DNA of 64,000 nt from Pseudoxanthomonas sp. GTDB taxonomy: Bacteria > Pseudomonadota > Gammaproteobacteria > Xanthomonadales > Xanthomonadaceae. Of the stretch, positions 1-10,449 are shown piece after piece. Positions within the stretch are counted from its first letter, which is position 1. Every line of letters starts with the position of its first letter. The notes beneath the pieces were generated by a model, which did no database searches, was not told where the DNA came from, and worked only from the letters and a program-made list of their open reading frames with translations. Location: the NCBI RefSeq assembly GCF_051953815.1, contig NZ_JBQCIJ010000046.1:172164-236163 (forward strand), written 5' to 3'. The position numbers and the translations under genes were made by a program.

Positions 1-3000
1 CGCGCGTTCCCGGGCCCCACGCCGGCCCAGCGCGCCGCGTGGCCGGCGATCCAGTCCGGCCGCCACACCCTGGTGGCGGCCCCGACCGGTTCGGGCAAGA
101 CCCTGACCGCGTTCCTGGCCGCGCTGGATGAGCTGGTGCGGCGCGGGCTGGAAACCGGCGGCCTGCCGGATGAAACCGCGGTGGTCTACGTCTCGCCGCT
201 GAAGGCGCTGTCCAACGACATCCACCTGAACCTGGAGGCCCCGCTGGCCGGCATCCGCGCGGAACTGGCGGAGATGGGCCTGCCCGACGTGGACATCCGC
301 ACCGCCGTGCGCACCGGCGACACCCCGGCCGGCGAGCGCCAGAAGGTCTTCCGCACGCCGCCGCACGTGCTGGTCACCACGCCCGAATCGCTGTACGTGC
401 TGCTGGGCTCGGCTTCGGGCCGGGCGATGCTGTCCACCGTGCGCACCGTGATCGTCGATGAAATCCACGCGGTGGCCGCCAGCAAGCGTGGCAGCCACCT
501 GGCCCTGTCGCTGGAACGATTGCAGGCGCTGTGCGCGCAGCCGCCGGTGCGGGTCGGCCTGTCGGCCACCCAGAAACCGGTCGAGGCGGTCGCGCGTTTC
601 CTGGTGGGCGCGGGCGAGGGACCGGAACCGCCCGCCTGCGAGATCGTCGACATCGGCTACGGCAAGCAGCGCGATCTGGCGCTGGAACTGCCGCCGACGC
701 CCTTGGGCGCGGTGATGTCCAACGATCAGTGGGAACAGGTCTACGACCGGGTCGCGGCGCTGGTGCGCGAGCATCGCACCACGCTGGTGTTCGTCAACAC
801 GCGCCGCATGGCCGAACGCGCCGCGCGTCATCTGGGCGAGCGCCTGGGCAAGCAGGGCGTGGCCGCGCACCACGGCAGCCTGGCGCGGGAAGCGCGGCTG
901 GACGCCGAGCAGCGGCTCAAGCGCGGCGATCTGCAGGTGCTGGTGGCGACCGCCTCATTGGAACTGGGCCTGGACATCGGCGACGTCGATCTGGTGTGCC
1001 AGTTGGGCTCGCCACGATCCATCGCGACCTTCCTGCAACGCGCGGGCCGGTCCGGCCATGCGGTCGGCGGCGTGCCGAAGGCGCGCCTGTTCCCGCAGTC
1101 GCGCGACGAACTGATCGAATGCGCCGCGTTGCTGGATTGCGTCCGCCGCGGCGAACTGGACGCGCTGCGCATCCCGGTGGCGCCGCTGGATGTGCTGGCC
1201 CAGCAACTGGTGGCCGAGACCGCCAGCCGCGAATGGGACGAGGACGCGCTGTATGCGCTGGTCCGGCGCGCGGCGCCGTACGCGTCGTTGTCGCGCGAGG
1301 ACTACGCGGCGGTGGTGCGCATGCTCGCCGACGGCTTCAGCACCCGTCGTGGCCCGCGCGCCGGTTACCTGCATCGCGACGCCGTGCATCGGCGCCTGCG
1401 CGAGCGCAAGGGCGCGCGGATGACCGCGCTGATGTCCGGCGGCACCATTCCGGACACCGGCGACTACGCGGTGATCCTGGAGCCCGAGGCGCACACCATC
1501 GGCACGGTCAACGAGGACTTCGCGGTCGAGAGCCTGTCCGGCGACGTGTTCCAGCTGGGCAACGCCAGCTATCGCATCCTGCGGGTGGAACCGGGGCGGG
1601 TGCGGGTGGAGGACGCGCGCGGCGCGCCGCCCAACATTCCGTTCTGGCTGGGCGAGGCGCCGGGCCGCAGCGACGAACTGTCCTCGGGCGTGGCGCGCCT
1701 GCGCGAGGAGGTGGCGCGGGCGCTGGCCGAAGGCGGCGAGGCGGCAGGCCTGCGCCTGCTGGTCGCGGAGATGGGATTCGACGAGGAGGCCGCGCGCCAG
1801 ATCGTCGATTACCTGGGCAAGGCCGTGGCCGCGCTGGGCGAATTGCCGACCCAGTCGCGCATCGTGATGGAACGGTTCTTCGACGAATCCGGCGGCACCC
1901 AGCTGATCATCCATTCGCCGTTCGGCAGCCGCCTCAACCGCGCCTGGGGCCTGGCCCTGCGCAAGCGCTTCTGCCGCCAGTTCAACTTCGAGCTGCAGGC
2001 GGCGGCGACCGAGGACGCGATCATCCTGTCGCTGTCCACTAGCCACAGCTTTCCGCTGATCGAGGTGTCGCGCTACCTGCACTCGTCCTCGGCGCTGGAC
2101 GTGCTGGTGCAGGCGCTGCTGGACGCGCCGCTGTTCGGCGTGCGCTGGCGCTGGAACGCCACCACCGCGCTGGCGCTGCCGCGCTTCGTCGGCGGCCGCA
2201 AGGTGCCGCCACAATTGCAGCGGATGAAGTCCGAGGATCTGCTGGCGACGGTGTTTCCGGATCAGGTCGCCTGCCTGGAGAACATCGTCGGCGAGCGCGA
2301 GATTCCGGATCATCCGCTGGTCGCGCAGACCCTGGACGATTGCCTGCACGAAGCCATGGACGCCGAAGGCTGGCTGGATCTGCTGCGGCGGCTGGAAGCA
2401 GGCGGGATCGAAGTCGTCGCGCGGGATCTGCCGCTGCCGTCGCCGCTGGCCGCGGAGGTGCTCAACGCGCGTCCGTACGCCTTCCTCGACGACGCGCCGC
2501 TGGAGGAACGCCGCACCCAGGCGGTGCAGAGCCGGCTGTATCGCGAAGCCGAATCCGCCGACGATCTCGGCAAGCTGGATCCCGCCGCGATCCAGGCCGT
2601 GCGCGAGGAAGCCTGGCCGCAGCCGCGCAATCCGGACGAGATGCACGAGGCGTTGACCGGCGTGGGCGTGGTGACCGCCGCCGAAGCGATGGAAAATCCC
2701 GGTTGGCAGGCATGGTTGCAGGCGCTGGCGGCGGACGGACGCGCCACCCGCCTCCAGGCGGGCGATGCCGGCCTGTGGCTGGCGACCGAACAGTTGCCGA
2801 TGCTGCGTGCGCTGTTTCCGCAGGCGCCGATCGCGCCGGTGGTCGAGCCGCCGGAGGAATACGCCCAGGCGGAGTGGCCGCGCGAGAGCGCGATGCGGGA
2901 ACTGCTGCGCGCCCGCTTGACCGCGTCGGGGCCGGTGCCCGCGTCCGTGCTCGCGCATTCGCTGGCGTTGCCGGCGGCGGACGTGGATCCGGCCCTGCTG

Positions 3001-4281
3001 GCGCTGCAGAGCGAAGGCTATGTCATGCAGGGCCGCTTCACGCCCGGCGCGACGGAAGAAGAATGGTGCGAGCGCCATCTGCTGGCGCGCATCCACCGCT
3101 ACACGCTCAAGCAGTTGCGGCGCGAGATCGAACCGGTCGAACCGCGCGACTTCCAGCGCTTCCTGTTCGATTGGCAACATCTGAGCGAGGCCGAGCGGGT
3201 CAGTGGTCCGGAGGCGCTCGCCGGCGTGCTGGGGCAACTGGAAGGATTCGAGGCGCCCGCCGCCAGCTGGGAAGCCGATCTGCTGCCGGCGCGCGTGCGC
3301 GGCTACGCCATCCATTGGCTGGACGATCTGTGCACCGCCGGCCGCACCCTGTGGACGCGCCTGCGGCCGCCCGCCGGCGAGGGCGGTGGCCGTGGCAACG
3401 TGTCGCTGCGCGCCACCCCGATCCTGCTGCTGCCGCGCCGGCAGGCGCCGCTGTGGTCGCGCCTGGCGCCGGCGCCGGTGGATGACGAGGATCTCGGTTC
3501 GCGCGCGCGCCGTGTGGTGGATCATCTGGGCGCGCACGGCGCTTCGTTCTTCGATGAAATCGGCGACGGCGCGCATCTGCTGCGCACGGAACTGGAGGAT
3601 GCGCTGGCCGAACTGGTCGTGCGGGGGCGCGTCCACTGCGACAGCTTTGGCGGCCTGCGCGCGTTGCTGGTGCCGGCGTCCAAGCGCGACGGCGGATCCC
3701 GCCATCGCCGGCGCAAGCCGATGTTCGGCATCCAGGACGCCGGCCGCTGGGCGCTGATCCGGGCCGGCGCGCCCGCCGGCAGCGGCAGCGCGCAGGCCGA
3801 AGCGGTGGAGCACGTGGCGCGGACGCTGCTGCGCCGATACGGCGTTGTCTGCTGGCGATTGCTGGAACGCGAAGCCGCGTGGTTGCCGCCGTGGCGGGAA
3901 CTGGCGCGCGTCTACCAGCGCCTGGAAGCGCGCGGGGAGATCCGGGGCGGGCGTTTCATCAGCGGAATTCCAGGCGAACAGTTCGCCCTGCCGGAAGCGG
4001 TCGCGGCCTTGCGGCAGGTCCGGCGCCGGCCCGCCGACGGCAAATGGGTGGCGATTGCCGCCACCGATCCGGCCAACCTGCTGGGCACGCTGCTGCCGGG
4101 CGAGAAAGTGGCGCGCGTGCCGGGCTCGCGCGTGCTCTATCGCGATGGCCTGGCGATCGCGGTGCTGATCGGCGGCGAGGTGAAGTTCCTGGAAACGCTG
4201 CCTTTGCCCGAAGCGCAGGACGCCGACCGCGTCCTGCAGCGACCCGGCCATGTCGAGTTCGAGCCGCCGGCGATCGCCTGA
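1..4281 (+). CDS. lhr: ATP-dependent helicase Lhr (large helicase-related), 5'-truncated by window edge
   Basis: Frame 1 is open from nt 1 ([34 protein letters not shown]...), so the start lies upstream of the window. Walker [13 protein letters not shown] box (VDEIHAV), GLSATQ, helicase-C block [20 protein letters not shown]...[20 protein letters not shown] ~900-aa C-terminal extension typical of Lhr follows. Stop 4279-4281. Confidence 0.9.
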   Translation, partial: RAFPGPTPAQRAAWPAIQSGRHTLVAAPTGSGKTLTAFLAALDELVRRGLETGGLPDETAVVYVSPLKALSNDIHLNLEAPLAGIRAELAEMGLPDVDIRTAVRTGDTPAGERQKVFRTPPHVLVTTPESLYVLLGSASGRAMLSTVRTVIVDEIHAVAASKRGSHLALSLERLQALCAQPPVRVGLSATQKPVEAVARFLVGAGEGPEPPACEIVDIGYGKQRDLALELPPTPLGAVMSNDQWEQVYDRVAALVREHRTTLVFVNTRRMAERAARHLGERLGKQGVAAHHGSLAREARLDAEQRLKRGDLQVLVATASLELGLDIGDVDLVCQLGSPRSIATFLQRAGRSGHAVGGVPKARLFPQSRDELIECAALLDCVRRGELDALRIPVAPLDVLAQQLVAETASREWDEDALYALVRRAAPYASLSREDYAAVVRMLADGFSTRRGPRAGYLHRDAVHRRLRERKGARMTALMSGGTIPDTGDYAVILEPEAHTIGTVNEDFAVESLSGDVFQLGNASYRILRVEPGRVRVEDARGAPPNIPFWLGEAPGRSDELSSGVARLREEVARALAEGGEAAGLRLLVAEMGFDEEAARQIVDYLGKAVAALGELPTQSRIVMERFFDESGGTQLIIHSPFGSRLNRAWGLALRKRFCRQFNFELQAAATEDAIILSLSTSHSFPLIEVSRYLHSSSALDVLVQALLDAPLFGVRWRWNATTALALPRFVGGRKVPPQLQRMKSEDLLATVFPDQVACLENIVGEREIPDHPLVAQTLDDCLHEAMDAEGWLDLLRRLEAGGIEVVARDLPLPSPLAAEVLNARPYAFLDDAPLEERRTQAVQSRLYREAESADDLGKLDPAAIQAVREEAWPQPRNPDEMHEALTGVGVVTAAEAMENPGWQAWLQALAADGRATRLQAGDAGLWLATEQLPMLRALFPQAPIAPVVEPPEEYAQAEWPRESAMRELLRARLTASGPVPASVLAHSLALPAADVDPALLALQSEGYVMQGRFTPGATEEEWCERHLLARIHRYTLKQLRREIEPVEPRDFQRFLFDWQHLSEAERVSGPEALAGVLGQLEGFEAPAASWEADLLPARVRGYAIHWLDDLCTAGRTLWTRLRPPAGEGGGRGNVSLRATPILLLPRRQAPLWSRLAPAPVDDEDLGSRARRVVDHLGAHGASFFDEIGDGAHLLRTELEDALAELVVRGRVHCDSFGGLRALLVPASKRDGGSRHRRRKPMFGIQDAGRWALIRAGAPAGSGSAQAEAVEHVARTLLRRYGVVCWRLLEREAAWLPPWRELARVYQRLEARGEIRGGRFISGIPGEQFALPEAVAALRQVRRRPADGKWVAIAATDPANLLGTLLPGEKVARVPGSRVLYRDGLAIAVLIGGEVKFLETLPLPEAQDADRVLQRPGHVEFEPPAIA

Positions 4282-4309
4282 GCCTCCACGTTCGCCGAAC
4301 CCGGTTCGA

Positions 4310-4323
4310 TTGATCCGGATCAT
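4310..4323. promoter_or_regulatory. FNR/ANR-type box TTGATCCGGATCAT
   Basis: Left half-site is perfect and the right half is ATCAT. The core TGATCCGGATCA is a perfect 12-bp palindrome. The centre lies ~66 nt upstream of the ATG at 4382, which fits a -41.5 class II promoter with a ~24-nt leader. Confidence 0.6.
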
Positions 4324-4381
4324 GGGGCGGGACGCCGCGATGCCTTACGGTGCCGGACGATCCCCGAACAGGAAGCTTTTG

Positions 4382-4816
4382 ATGCGTTTTCCTTCCCCCG
4401 AGGACGCCGGCGGCGCGGGGCCGTGGCTGTGCAGCGAAGCCGAGGTGACCAGGCTGGTGGAGACGTTCTACGCGCGCGTGCGCCAGGACGATCTGCTGGC
4501 GCCGATCTTCGATGCCCGCGTCAAGGACTGGGCCGCGCACCAGTCGCTGCTGGTGGCGTTCTGGTCCGCGTTGCTGCGGGGGACGCGACGCTTCCACGGC
4601 GCTCCGGTCAGCCGCCACCTGGAATTGCCGGGCCTGACCGAACAGGCGTTCCTGCGCTGGCTCGATCTGTTCCGCCGGACCACCGCAGAATGCGGCAACG
4701 AAGCGATGCGCCGCGAAGCCGACGACGCCGCGCTGCGCATGGCCAATCATTTCTGGCAGCGGTATCAGTTGCGGGGGATCTCTCCCGGGGAGCCCGCTCC
4801 GCTTCCGGATAGGTAA
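4382..4816 (+). CDS. group III truncated haemoglobin (Ctb-like globin)
   Basis: 144 aa. Colinear by eye with Campylobacter Ctb-type trHb (LVETFYARVRQDDLLAPIF, W..H......FWSALL.G...F.G.PV..HL.LP, FLRWLDLF, ANHF). SD AGGAAG at 4368-4373. The alternative ATG at 4322 falls inside the FNR box. Confidence 0.8.
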   Translation: MRFPSPEDAGGAGPWLCSEAEVTRLVETFYARVRQDDLLAPIFDARVKDWAAHQSLLVAFWSALLRGTRRFHGAPVSRHLELPGLTEQAFLRWLDLFRRTTAECGNEAMRREADDAALRMANHFWQRYQLRGISPGEPAPLPDR

Positions 4817-4831
4817 GCGGAAGCGAAGCCA

Positions 4832-5071
4832 TCAGCCGCTGCAACCGCCGCAGCACACCGAGGGAATGCGTTCGATCTGGGTCAGTCGCACCGGATGTCC
4901 GGCCTGTTCCATGATGAAGACAAGTTCGATGTCCATCACCACGGTGGAGATGCGCAGCTTGCCGGCCTTGGCGTCCAGGTCGACCAGGCCTGCGGGATCG
5001 AATTCCTGCAGTACCCGTTCGATGGTGATCGGATCCACGGACGGGCCGGGCAGGGGGATGTGGTATTCCAT
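4832..5071 (-). CDS. small HMA-fold-like protein lacking the N-terminal CxxC, with C-terminal Cys-Gly tail (SVCCGGCSG)
   Basis: 79 aa with good GC3. The beta-alpha-beta-beta-alpha-beta-like pattern (ITIERVLQEFDPAGLVDLDAKAGKLRISTVV...IMEQAGHPV) resembles heavy-metal-associated domains. A paralog lies at 22821-23072. It is the last gene downstream of azurin on the same strand. Confidence 0.6.
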   Translation of the reverse strand: MEYHIPLPGPSVDPITIERVLQEFDPAGLVDLDAKAGKLRISTVVMDIELVFIMEQAGHPVRLTQIERIPSVCCGGCSG

Positions 5072-5163
5072 GGGGCGGCACCAGTGTCAGGGGTGGGAGG
5101 AAAGAACGGCGATGAAAGCAGGAGCGCCGGCAAACCGGCCCCGGCGCCCCTGTCCCCGGTGGG

Positions 5164-5622
5164 TTACTTCGTCACCACCAGCTTGCCCTTCATCAAGGTG
5201 GAGTGGCCGGGGAAGCTGCAGAAGAAGTTGTAGTCGCCGCCGGCGGTCAGCTTCTTGCCGGGCAGGGTGATCCGGGTTTTCTGGCCGCCGCCGATCAGGG
5301 CGGTGGAGGCGATCACGCGGGCGTCGCCCTTGGGCACGTAGTGGTTGGTCACGCCGGCCTTGATGGCGTCACGGGCGATGCCGTCCATGTCCTTGGCGGC
5401 GGCGATGACCACGTTGTGGCCCATCGCGGCGGCCGGCATCTTGCCGGTGTGGGCCAGTTCGATGGTGATGGTGGCGCAGCTGGCGGAGACGGTCGCCGTC
5501 TTGAGGTCGAACTTCATCGCGTCGTCGCCCTTCAGGCTGACGGTGCAGTTGTTGGCGGCCTGGGCCATGCCGGCGGCGGCCAGCAGGCCGAGGGCGAGCA
5601 GGGAAGCGGAAACGATTTTCAT
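5164..5622 (-). CDS. azu: azurin (blue copper protein)
   Basis: 152 aa. Signal peptide MKIVSASLLALGLLAAAGMAQA. Azurin blocks NCTVSLKGDDAMKFD and AAMGHNVV, with C-terminal type-1 Cu ligands in YNFFCSFPGHSTLMKG. SD GGAG directly upstream of the ATG at 5622. Confidence 0.95.
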   Translation of the reverse strand: MKIVSASLLALGLLAAAGMAQAANNCTVSLKGDDAMKFDLKTATVSASCATITIELAHTGKMPAAAMGHNVVIAAAKDMDGIARDAIKAGVTNHYVPKGDARVIASTALIGGGQKTRITLPGKKLTAGGDYNFFCSFPGHSTLMKGKLVVTK

Positions 5623-5660
5623 GGAGAACTCCTGTGTGGTTGCGGGGTGTGAGTGAAGGG

Positions 5661-6245
5661 TCAAGGGGCGGGAGAAGCAGCCAGGGCGGTGTGGACGGCG
5701 GCGATGAAGGCCGGGTCCGGCATCGCGCTGGCGACCTCGGAACGGGCGAGCACGCGGCCTTCCGCGTCGACCAGCACCAGCACGCTGGTGTGGTTGATGC
5801 TGCCGTCCTCGCGGGGGCGGTAGCGCACGTCGAGCACGCTGGCGATCGCGCGGGCGTCGTTGGCGCCGGGCTGCAGGAATCGCCACTGCGCCGGCACCCG
5901 GTGCCGTTGCGCGGTCTCGCGCAGGGCCTGCGGCGTGTCGCGGGCGGGATCCAGGCTGATCATCACCATCTCCAGGCGCGCACGCTCGGCGGGTGTCAAC
6001 TGCTTCTGGACCGCCTTGCCGTTCTCGATGATGAGCGGGCACATCAGGTGGCAGTTCGTATAGAACATCGACATGACGCGCGGGCGGCCGCGCAGATCAC
6101 GCCACTGGCCCGCGTTGCCGTCCTGGTCGGTGACCTTCGCGTCGAGCTGGTAGAGGGAATCTCCCGGCAACGCCTGCGCGGCGGCCGGGGCGCCGGGCTG
6201 GAACAGCGCCAGCCCGAGCAGGAGGAAAGAGAGGGGCATCTTCAT
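5661..6245 (-). CDS. SCO1/SenC-family copper chaperone (thioredoxin fold)
   Basis: 194 aa with a signal peptide. CxxxC copper motif FYTNCHLMCP and downstream conserved His (INHTSVLVLVD). The ATG overlaps the nirV stop (ATGA at 6242-6245). Confidence 0.9.
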   Translation of the reverse strand: MKMPLSFLLLGLALFQPGAPAAAQALPGDSLYQLDAKVTDQDGNAGQWRDLRGRPRVMSMFYTNCHLMCPLIIENGKAVQKQLTPAERARLEMVMISLDPARDTPQALRETAQRHRVPAQWRFLQPGANDARAIASVLDVRYRPREDGSINHTSVLVLVDAEGRVLARSEVASAMPDPAFIAAVHTALAASPAP

Positions 6246-7003
6246 GGCTGGCTCCTTGCGCAGCGGAATCCGAGATTGCCGAGGGTGTTGGCGGGTTGCA
6301 GCGCCGACAGCAGGGCGAAGCGTTTCATCACCCCATAGTGCTGGCGGTCGTTGAAGGCCAGTGCGGTCGCGCCGCAGTACTTGAGCTTGTCGCCGTCGTC
6401 GGCGCCGCGCTTGTCGCTGTCGCCCATCAGGGTGGCGAAGTCGTCCACCCACTCCCAGGCCACGCCGTGCAGGCCTTGGATGCCGTAGGCGTTGGGCGGC
6501 GCGTCGCCGGCATCGATCGCGCGGGCCGTGGCGTCGTTGAGCAACCGCGCCTGCCAGCCCTGATCGCCACGGGCATCGCGGCGATGAGTGTCGGCGGCGG
6601 CCGCGTATTCCCATTCCAGGAAGGTCGGCAGGCGCGCGTCCTGGGCGCGACAGTAGGCGTCGGCGGCGTACCAGCTGATCTGGACCACCGGCGCGTCCGC
6701 ATCGGCCGCCGCGCCCGGGCCCGCGGCCTCTGCCCAGTGGCCGAGATAACCGGGGCCGGCGAACAGCGCCGGTACCTGGTCCCTTCGCCATTGCGGATGC
6801 CGCGCGACGAAGCGGGCGAAGTCGGCGTTGCTGACCGCGCGTTCCATCAGGGCGAAGGCGGCGACGGCTCGCGCGTCGCCGCTTTCCTCGTAGCGGATGG
6901 CCGAGCGGAAACTCCCGCCCGGCACGTCCACGTAGCCGGGACCACCCGCCATCGCCGGTACGGCGAGGCAGGCAAGCAACAAGGCGGGCAGTCTCCGGTA
7001 CAT
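6242..7003 (-). CDS. nirV: NirV (formylglycine-generating-enzyme/SUMF1-like domain protein)
   Basis: 253 aa. Signal peptide MYRRLPALLLACLAVPAMA. FGE-sulfatase-type blocks (ISWYAADAYCR, LPTFLEWEYAA, HGVAWEWVDD, NLGFRCA). It sits immediately downstream of nirK, as in known nirK-nirV pairs. An alternative GTG start lies at 7030. Confidence 0.8.
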   Translation of the reverse strand: MYRRLPALLLACLAVPAMAGGPGYVDVPGGSFRSAIRYEESGDARAVAAFALMERAVSNADFARFVARHPQWRRDQVPALFAGPGYLGHWAEAAGPGAAADADAPVVQISWYAADAYCRAQDARLPTFLEWEYAAAADTHRRDARGDQGWQARLLNDATARAIDAGDAPPNAYGIQGLHGVAWEWVDDFATLMGDSDKRGADDGDKLKYCGATALAFNDRQHYGVMKRFALLSALQPANTLGNLGFRCARSQP

Positions 7004-7026
7004 GGACGTCCTTACTGAGGCTTCGC

Positions 7027-8085
7027 TCACTTGCCCGCGGGTTGGCCCTGCGGGTACTCCTTGCTGGACTGCTGGCCGGTGTAGATGTCGTGCTTGGCTT
7101 CACCATCCACCTTCAGGATGCCCAGCGACCCCTTGTGGAAGGTGCGGAAGATGCTGTGGTCGACCAGCACGAAGTTGCCCGGCACGTCGGCCTTGAACTC
7201 GACGATGGTCGCGCCACCCGCCGGCACCAGCGTGGTCTGCACGTTCTCCTGGTACTTGCTGCCGCCCTCCGTGTAGACCTTGTCGAAGATCTCGCCGATG
7301 ACGTGGAAGCTGGACACCAGGTTGGGGCCGCCGTTGCCGACGAACATGCGGATGGTTTCACCCGCCTTGGCCTGCAGCGCGTTGTCGCCGGTCAGCGAAC
7401 CCTCGGCGCCGTTGAACACCACGTAGGTCGGGTGCTCGTCGATGGCCTTTTCCAGACTGAAGGGCTGCAGGCCGGGTTCGCCGTACTTGCCTTCGGTGTA
7501 GAAGTCGCCCTGCATCACGTAGAACTCCTTGTCCACCTTCGGCAGGCCCTCCGGCGGCTCGACCAGGATCAGGCCGTACATGCCGTTGGCGATATGCATG
7601 CCGACCGGTGGCATCGCGCAGTGGTAGACGTACAGGCCGGGATTGAGCGCCTTGAAGGTGAACTGGGTTTCGTGCCCGGGAAGAGTGAACGTGGCCTCGG
7701 CGCCGCCGCCCGTGCCGGTGACGGCGTGCAGGTCGATGTTGTGCGGCATGTGCGAGCTGTGGTGGTTCTTCAGGTGGAATTCCACCGTGTCGCCCTGGCG
7801 CACGCGGATGAAGCTGCCCGGGACCGAACCGCCGAAGGTCCAGAAGTTGTAGGTCACGCCGTCGGAGATCTTCATCTCCTTCTCGACCACTTCCAGATCC
7901 ACGATGACCTTGGCCGGCGCGCTGCGCGTGATCGGCGGCGGCACCATCGGCGGCGCGGTCAGGAGCGCCTTGATCGGCTCGCCCTGGGGGGCGCCGTTGT
8001 CGGCCGCGAAGGCGTTGCCGGCGAGGGTGGCGCCCATCGCGCAGGCGAGGGCGTAATAAAGCAGGGAGTTGCTCTTGCGCTTCAT
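7027..8085 (-). CDS. nirK: copper-containing nitrite reductase NirK
   Basis: 352 aa with a signal peptide. Cu-ligand motifs [13 protein letters not shown] and [20 protein letters not shown], plus [11 protein letters not shown]. Two cupredoxin domains. FNR box 73 nt upstream. Confidence 0.95.
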   Translation of the reverse strand: MKRKSNSLLYYALACAMGATLAGNAFAADNGAPQGEPIKALLTAPPMVPPPITRSAPAKVIVDLEVVEKEMKISDGVTYNFWTFGGSVPGSFIRVRQGDTVEFHLKNHHSSHMPHNIDLHAVTGTGGGAEATFTLPGHETQFTFKALNPGLYVYHCAMPPVGMHIANGMYGLILVEPPEGLPKVDKEFYVMQGDFYTEGKYGEPGLQPFSLEKAIDEHPTYVVFNGAEGSLTGDNALQAKAGETIRMFVGNGGPNLVSSFHVIGEIFDKVYTEGGSKYQENVQTTLVPAGGATIVEFKADVPGNFVLVDHSIFRTFHKGSLGILKVDGEAKHDIYTGQQSSKEYPQGQPAGK

Positions 8086-8151
8086 GGCGCGTTCCTTGTC
8101 ATGGCCTTTGGCCGATGGGAGAACGTTAGTTGTCCCACCTTCGTGGTCGCC

Positions 8152-8165
8152 TTGATTTGCATCAA
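8152..8165. promoter_or_regulatory. FNR/ANR box TTGATTTGCATCAA (perfect consensus)
   Basis: Exact TTGAT-N4-ATCAA. Centre ~73 nt upstream of the nirK ATG (8085) in the nirK/oprC divergent intergenic region. Confidence 0.8.
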
Positions 8166-8210
8166 TCGATGCCCTCGATTCGGCGAAAAACACCGGCAAC
8201 TTCATCCGGC

Positions 8211-8224
8211 TTGACATGGATCAA
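8211..8224. promoter_or_regulatory. FNR/ANR box TTGACATGGATCAA
   Basis: 13/14 match to the consensus. It is the second box in the same divergent region, ~104 nt upstream of the Cu-receptor ATG (8322). Confidence 0.65.
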
Positions 8225-8321
8225 GTTCGCTTTCGACGAACCCGTCCCTGCGACAACCTGACGCATCCCAACGTTGGAGCGGCTCCAGACAATGGCGTCG
8301 ACCAATACGGAGAGTCGTGTC

Positions 8322-10409
8322 ATGCGTAGAGATTGTCTTGCCGTCGCCCTGTCCCTCGCGCTCGCACCGGCGTCGCTGGTGTTGGCCGCCGAGGCGCCGC
8401 CCAACGATGTCGGCCAGCATGTGCATGGCGCGGGACCCGTCGCGCCGACCGAGCTCGATGGCGTGGTGGTGGTGGGCGTGGCACCGGTATTGGCGACGAC
8501 CTTCGTCACCGATCCGAAACTGCCGCGCCAGCCGGTGCCGGCCAGCGATGGCGCGGACTACCTGAAGACGATTCCCGGATTCGCCACCCTGCGCAGCGGT
8601 GGCACCAACGGCGATCCGGTGCTGCGCGGCATGTTCGGATCACGCCTGAACCTGATGACCAACGATGGCGCGCTGAGCGGCGCGTGCCCCTCGCGCATGG
8701 ACAACGCCATGTCCTACATCGCGCCGGAAACCTATGACCGCCTGATCGTCATCAAGGGGCCGCAGACGGTGCTATGGGGTGGCGGCGCGTCGGCGGGCAC
8801 GGTGCGCTTCGAGCGCGAGATTCCGTACTTCGATCGCGCCGGCGTGCGCGTCAATGCCAGCGCGCTGGCCGGCAGCCGCAACCGCAACGATCAGGTGGTG
8901 GACGCCACCGCCGGCAACGCCACCGGCTATCTCCGGCTGGGCGGAAACCGATCGGAGGCCGACGACTACCAGGATGGCAACGGCGACGAAGTGCCGTCCG
9001 CGTGGCGCAAGTGGAACACCGATGTCGCGCTGGGCTGGACGCCGGACGAGGACACCGTGCTGGAGTTGAGCGCCGGTACCGGCGATGCGCAGGCCCGCTA
9101 TGCCGGCCGCGGCATGGACGGTTCGCGCTTCCGCCGCGACAGCCTGGGCCTGCGTTTCGAGAAGAGCGACATCGGTGGCCTGCTGGACGCGGTCAAGGCC
9201 AACCTCTACCTCAACGACGTCGACCACGTGATGGACAATTACACGCTGCGGCGTCCGGATCCGGCCAGCAGCATGCCCATGCCGATGGCCAGCAACGTCG
9301 GCCACCGCACCTGGGGTGGCCGGGTCGCGGCGACCTGGCAGCGCGACGACTGGGAAATCACCGCCGGCGTGGATCTGCGCGACAGCCGCCATCGCCAGCG
9401 CAGCGGCATGGGCCGCGGTACCTATCAGCAGCAACCGTGGACAGTGGATGCGCGCTTCCGCACCTTCGGCGCCTTCGCCGAATCGCATTGGCATCTGACC
9501 GACAAGCACCATGTGATGAGCGGCCTGCGTGTGGATCGCGCGCGGGTGGAGGACCTGCGTCGCAGCACCGGCGGCATGATGCCGATGCCCAATCCCACCG
9601 CCGGGCAGGCGCGCAGCGAAAGCCTGCCCAGTGCCTTCGTGCGCTACGAGTACGACATGTCCGGCAAGCTGGGCGCATACGCCGGCATCGGCCACACCCG
9701 GCGCATGCCCGACTATTGGGAACTGTTCTCGCCCAGGCGCGGTCCGGCCGGTTCGGTCAACGCCTTCGCCGGCATCCAGCCCGAGCGCACCACCCAACTG
9801 GATCTGGGCCTGCAATACCGCGGCGAGCGTTTCGATGCGTGGGTGTCGGTCTACGCTGGCCGCATGCAGGACTACATCCTGTTCGATTACCTGCCCGGGA
9901 TGATGGGGATGGGCGCGACCACCCGCGCGCGCAATATCGACGCCGACATCCGCGGTGGCGAGGCCGGGGTGGAATGGCGTCCCGGCGCGGGCTGGAAGCT
10001 CGGCGGCTCGCTGGCCTATGCCTGGGGCGAGGATCGCGCCAGCGGCACGCCGTTGCCGCAGATGACGCCGCTGGAAGCGCGGCTGTCGGCCGGTCGCGAG
10101 CACGAACGCTGGTCGTGGGGCGCGCTGTTGCGCCTGGTCGATTCCCAGCACCGGGTCAGCACGGGCCAGGGCAACGTGGTCGGCCGCGATCTCGGCCCCA
10201 GCGCGGGCTTCGCGGTGTTCTCGATCAACGGCGGCTATCGCTTCAGCGACCACCTGCAGCTGACCGCCGGCATCGACAACCTGTTCGACCGCGCCTACAG
10301 CGAACACCTGAATCTCGGCGGCAACAGCGCCTTCGGCTATCCGGCCGATCCGGTCCGGATCAACGAGCCCGGCCGCACCGCCTGGCTGAAGCTCAATTTC
10401 ACCTACTGA
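8322..10409 (+). CDS. oprC: TonB-dependent copper receptor (OprC/NosA-like)
   Basis: 695 aa with a signal peptide. Plug-domain blocks (TNGDPVLRGMFGSRLNLMTNDG, YDRLIVIKGPQTVLWG). Met-rich loops (SSMPMPMASN, GGMMPMPNP, LPGMMGMG). Beta-barrel ending WLKLNFTY. Confidence 0.85.
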   Translation: MRRDCLAVALSLALAPASLVLAAEAPPNDVGQHVHGAGPVAPTELDGVVVVGVAPVLATTFVTDPKLPRQPVPASDGADYLKTIPGFATLRSGGTNGDPVLRGMFGSRLNLMTNDGALSGACPSRMDNAMSYIAPETYDRLIVIKGPQTVLWGGGASAGTVRFEREIPYFDRAGVRVNASALAGSRNRNDQVVDATAGNATGYLRLGGNRSEADDYQDGNGDEVPSAWRKWNTDVALGWTPDEDTVLELSAGTGDAQARYAGRGMDGSRFRRDSLGLRFEKSDIGGLLDAVKANLYLNDVDHVMDNYTLRRPDPASSMPMPMASNVGHRTWGGRVAATWQRDDWEITAGVDLRDSRHRQRSGMGRGTYQQQPWTVDARFRTFGAFAESHWHLTDKHHVMSGLRVDRARVEDLRRSTGGMMPMPNPTAGQARSESLPSAFVRYEYDMSGKLGAYAGIGHTRRMPDYWELFSPRRGPAGSVNAFAGIQPERTTQLDLGLQYRGERFDAWVSVYAGRMQDYILFDYLPGMMGMGATTRARNIDADIRGGEAGVEWRPGAGWKLGGSLAYAWGEDRASGTPLPQMTPLEARLSAGREHERWSWGALLRLVDSQHRVSTGQGNVVGRDLGPSAGFAVFSINGGYRFSDHLQLTAGIDNLFDRAYSEHLNLGGNSAFGYPADPVRINEPGRTAWLKLNFTY

Positions 10410-10449
10410 GCGTGGCCATGGCCACGCACGAAAACCACAAGGGGACTCC

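Noticed and set aside
955-4323. 1122-aa ORF antisense to lhr. Similar very long ORFs occur at 13073-15286(-), 35157-38066(-), 51181-54465(+), 57565-60483(-), 23356-25380(+) and 8772-10547(-).
   Set aside because: Each lies opposite or out of frame to a gene with clear family motifs. Their translations are Arg/Ala/Gly/Pro/His-rich low-information sequences typical of shadow ORFs in ~70% GC DNA, where stop codons are rare.
4322-4381. Longer start (ATG 4322, or ORF start 4250) for the truncated haemoglobin
   Set aside because: ATG 4322 lies inside the FNR box palindrome, and 4250 overlaps lhr. ATG 4382 has a proper AGGAAG SD and gives the usual globin length.
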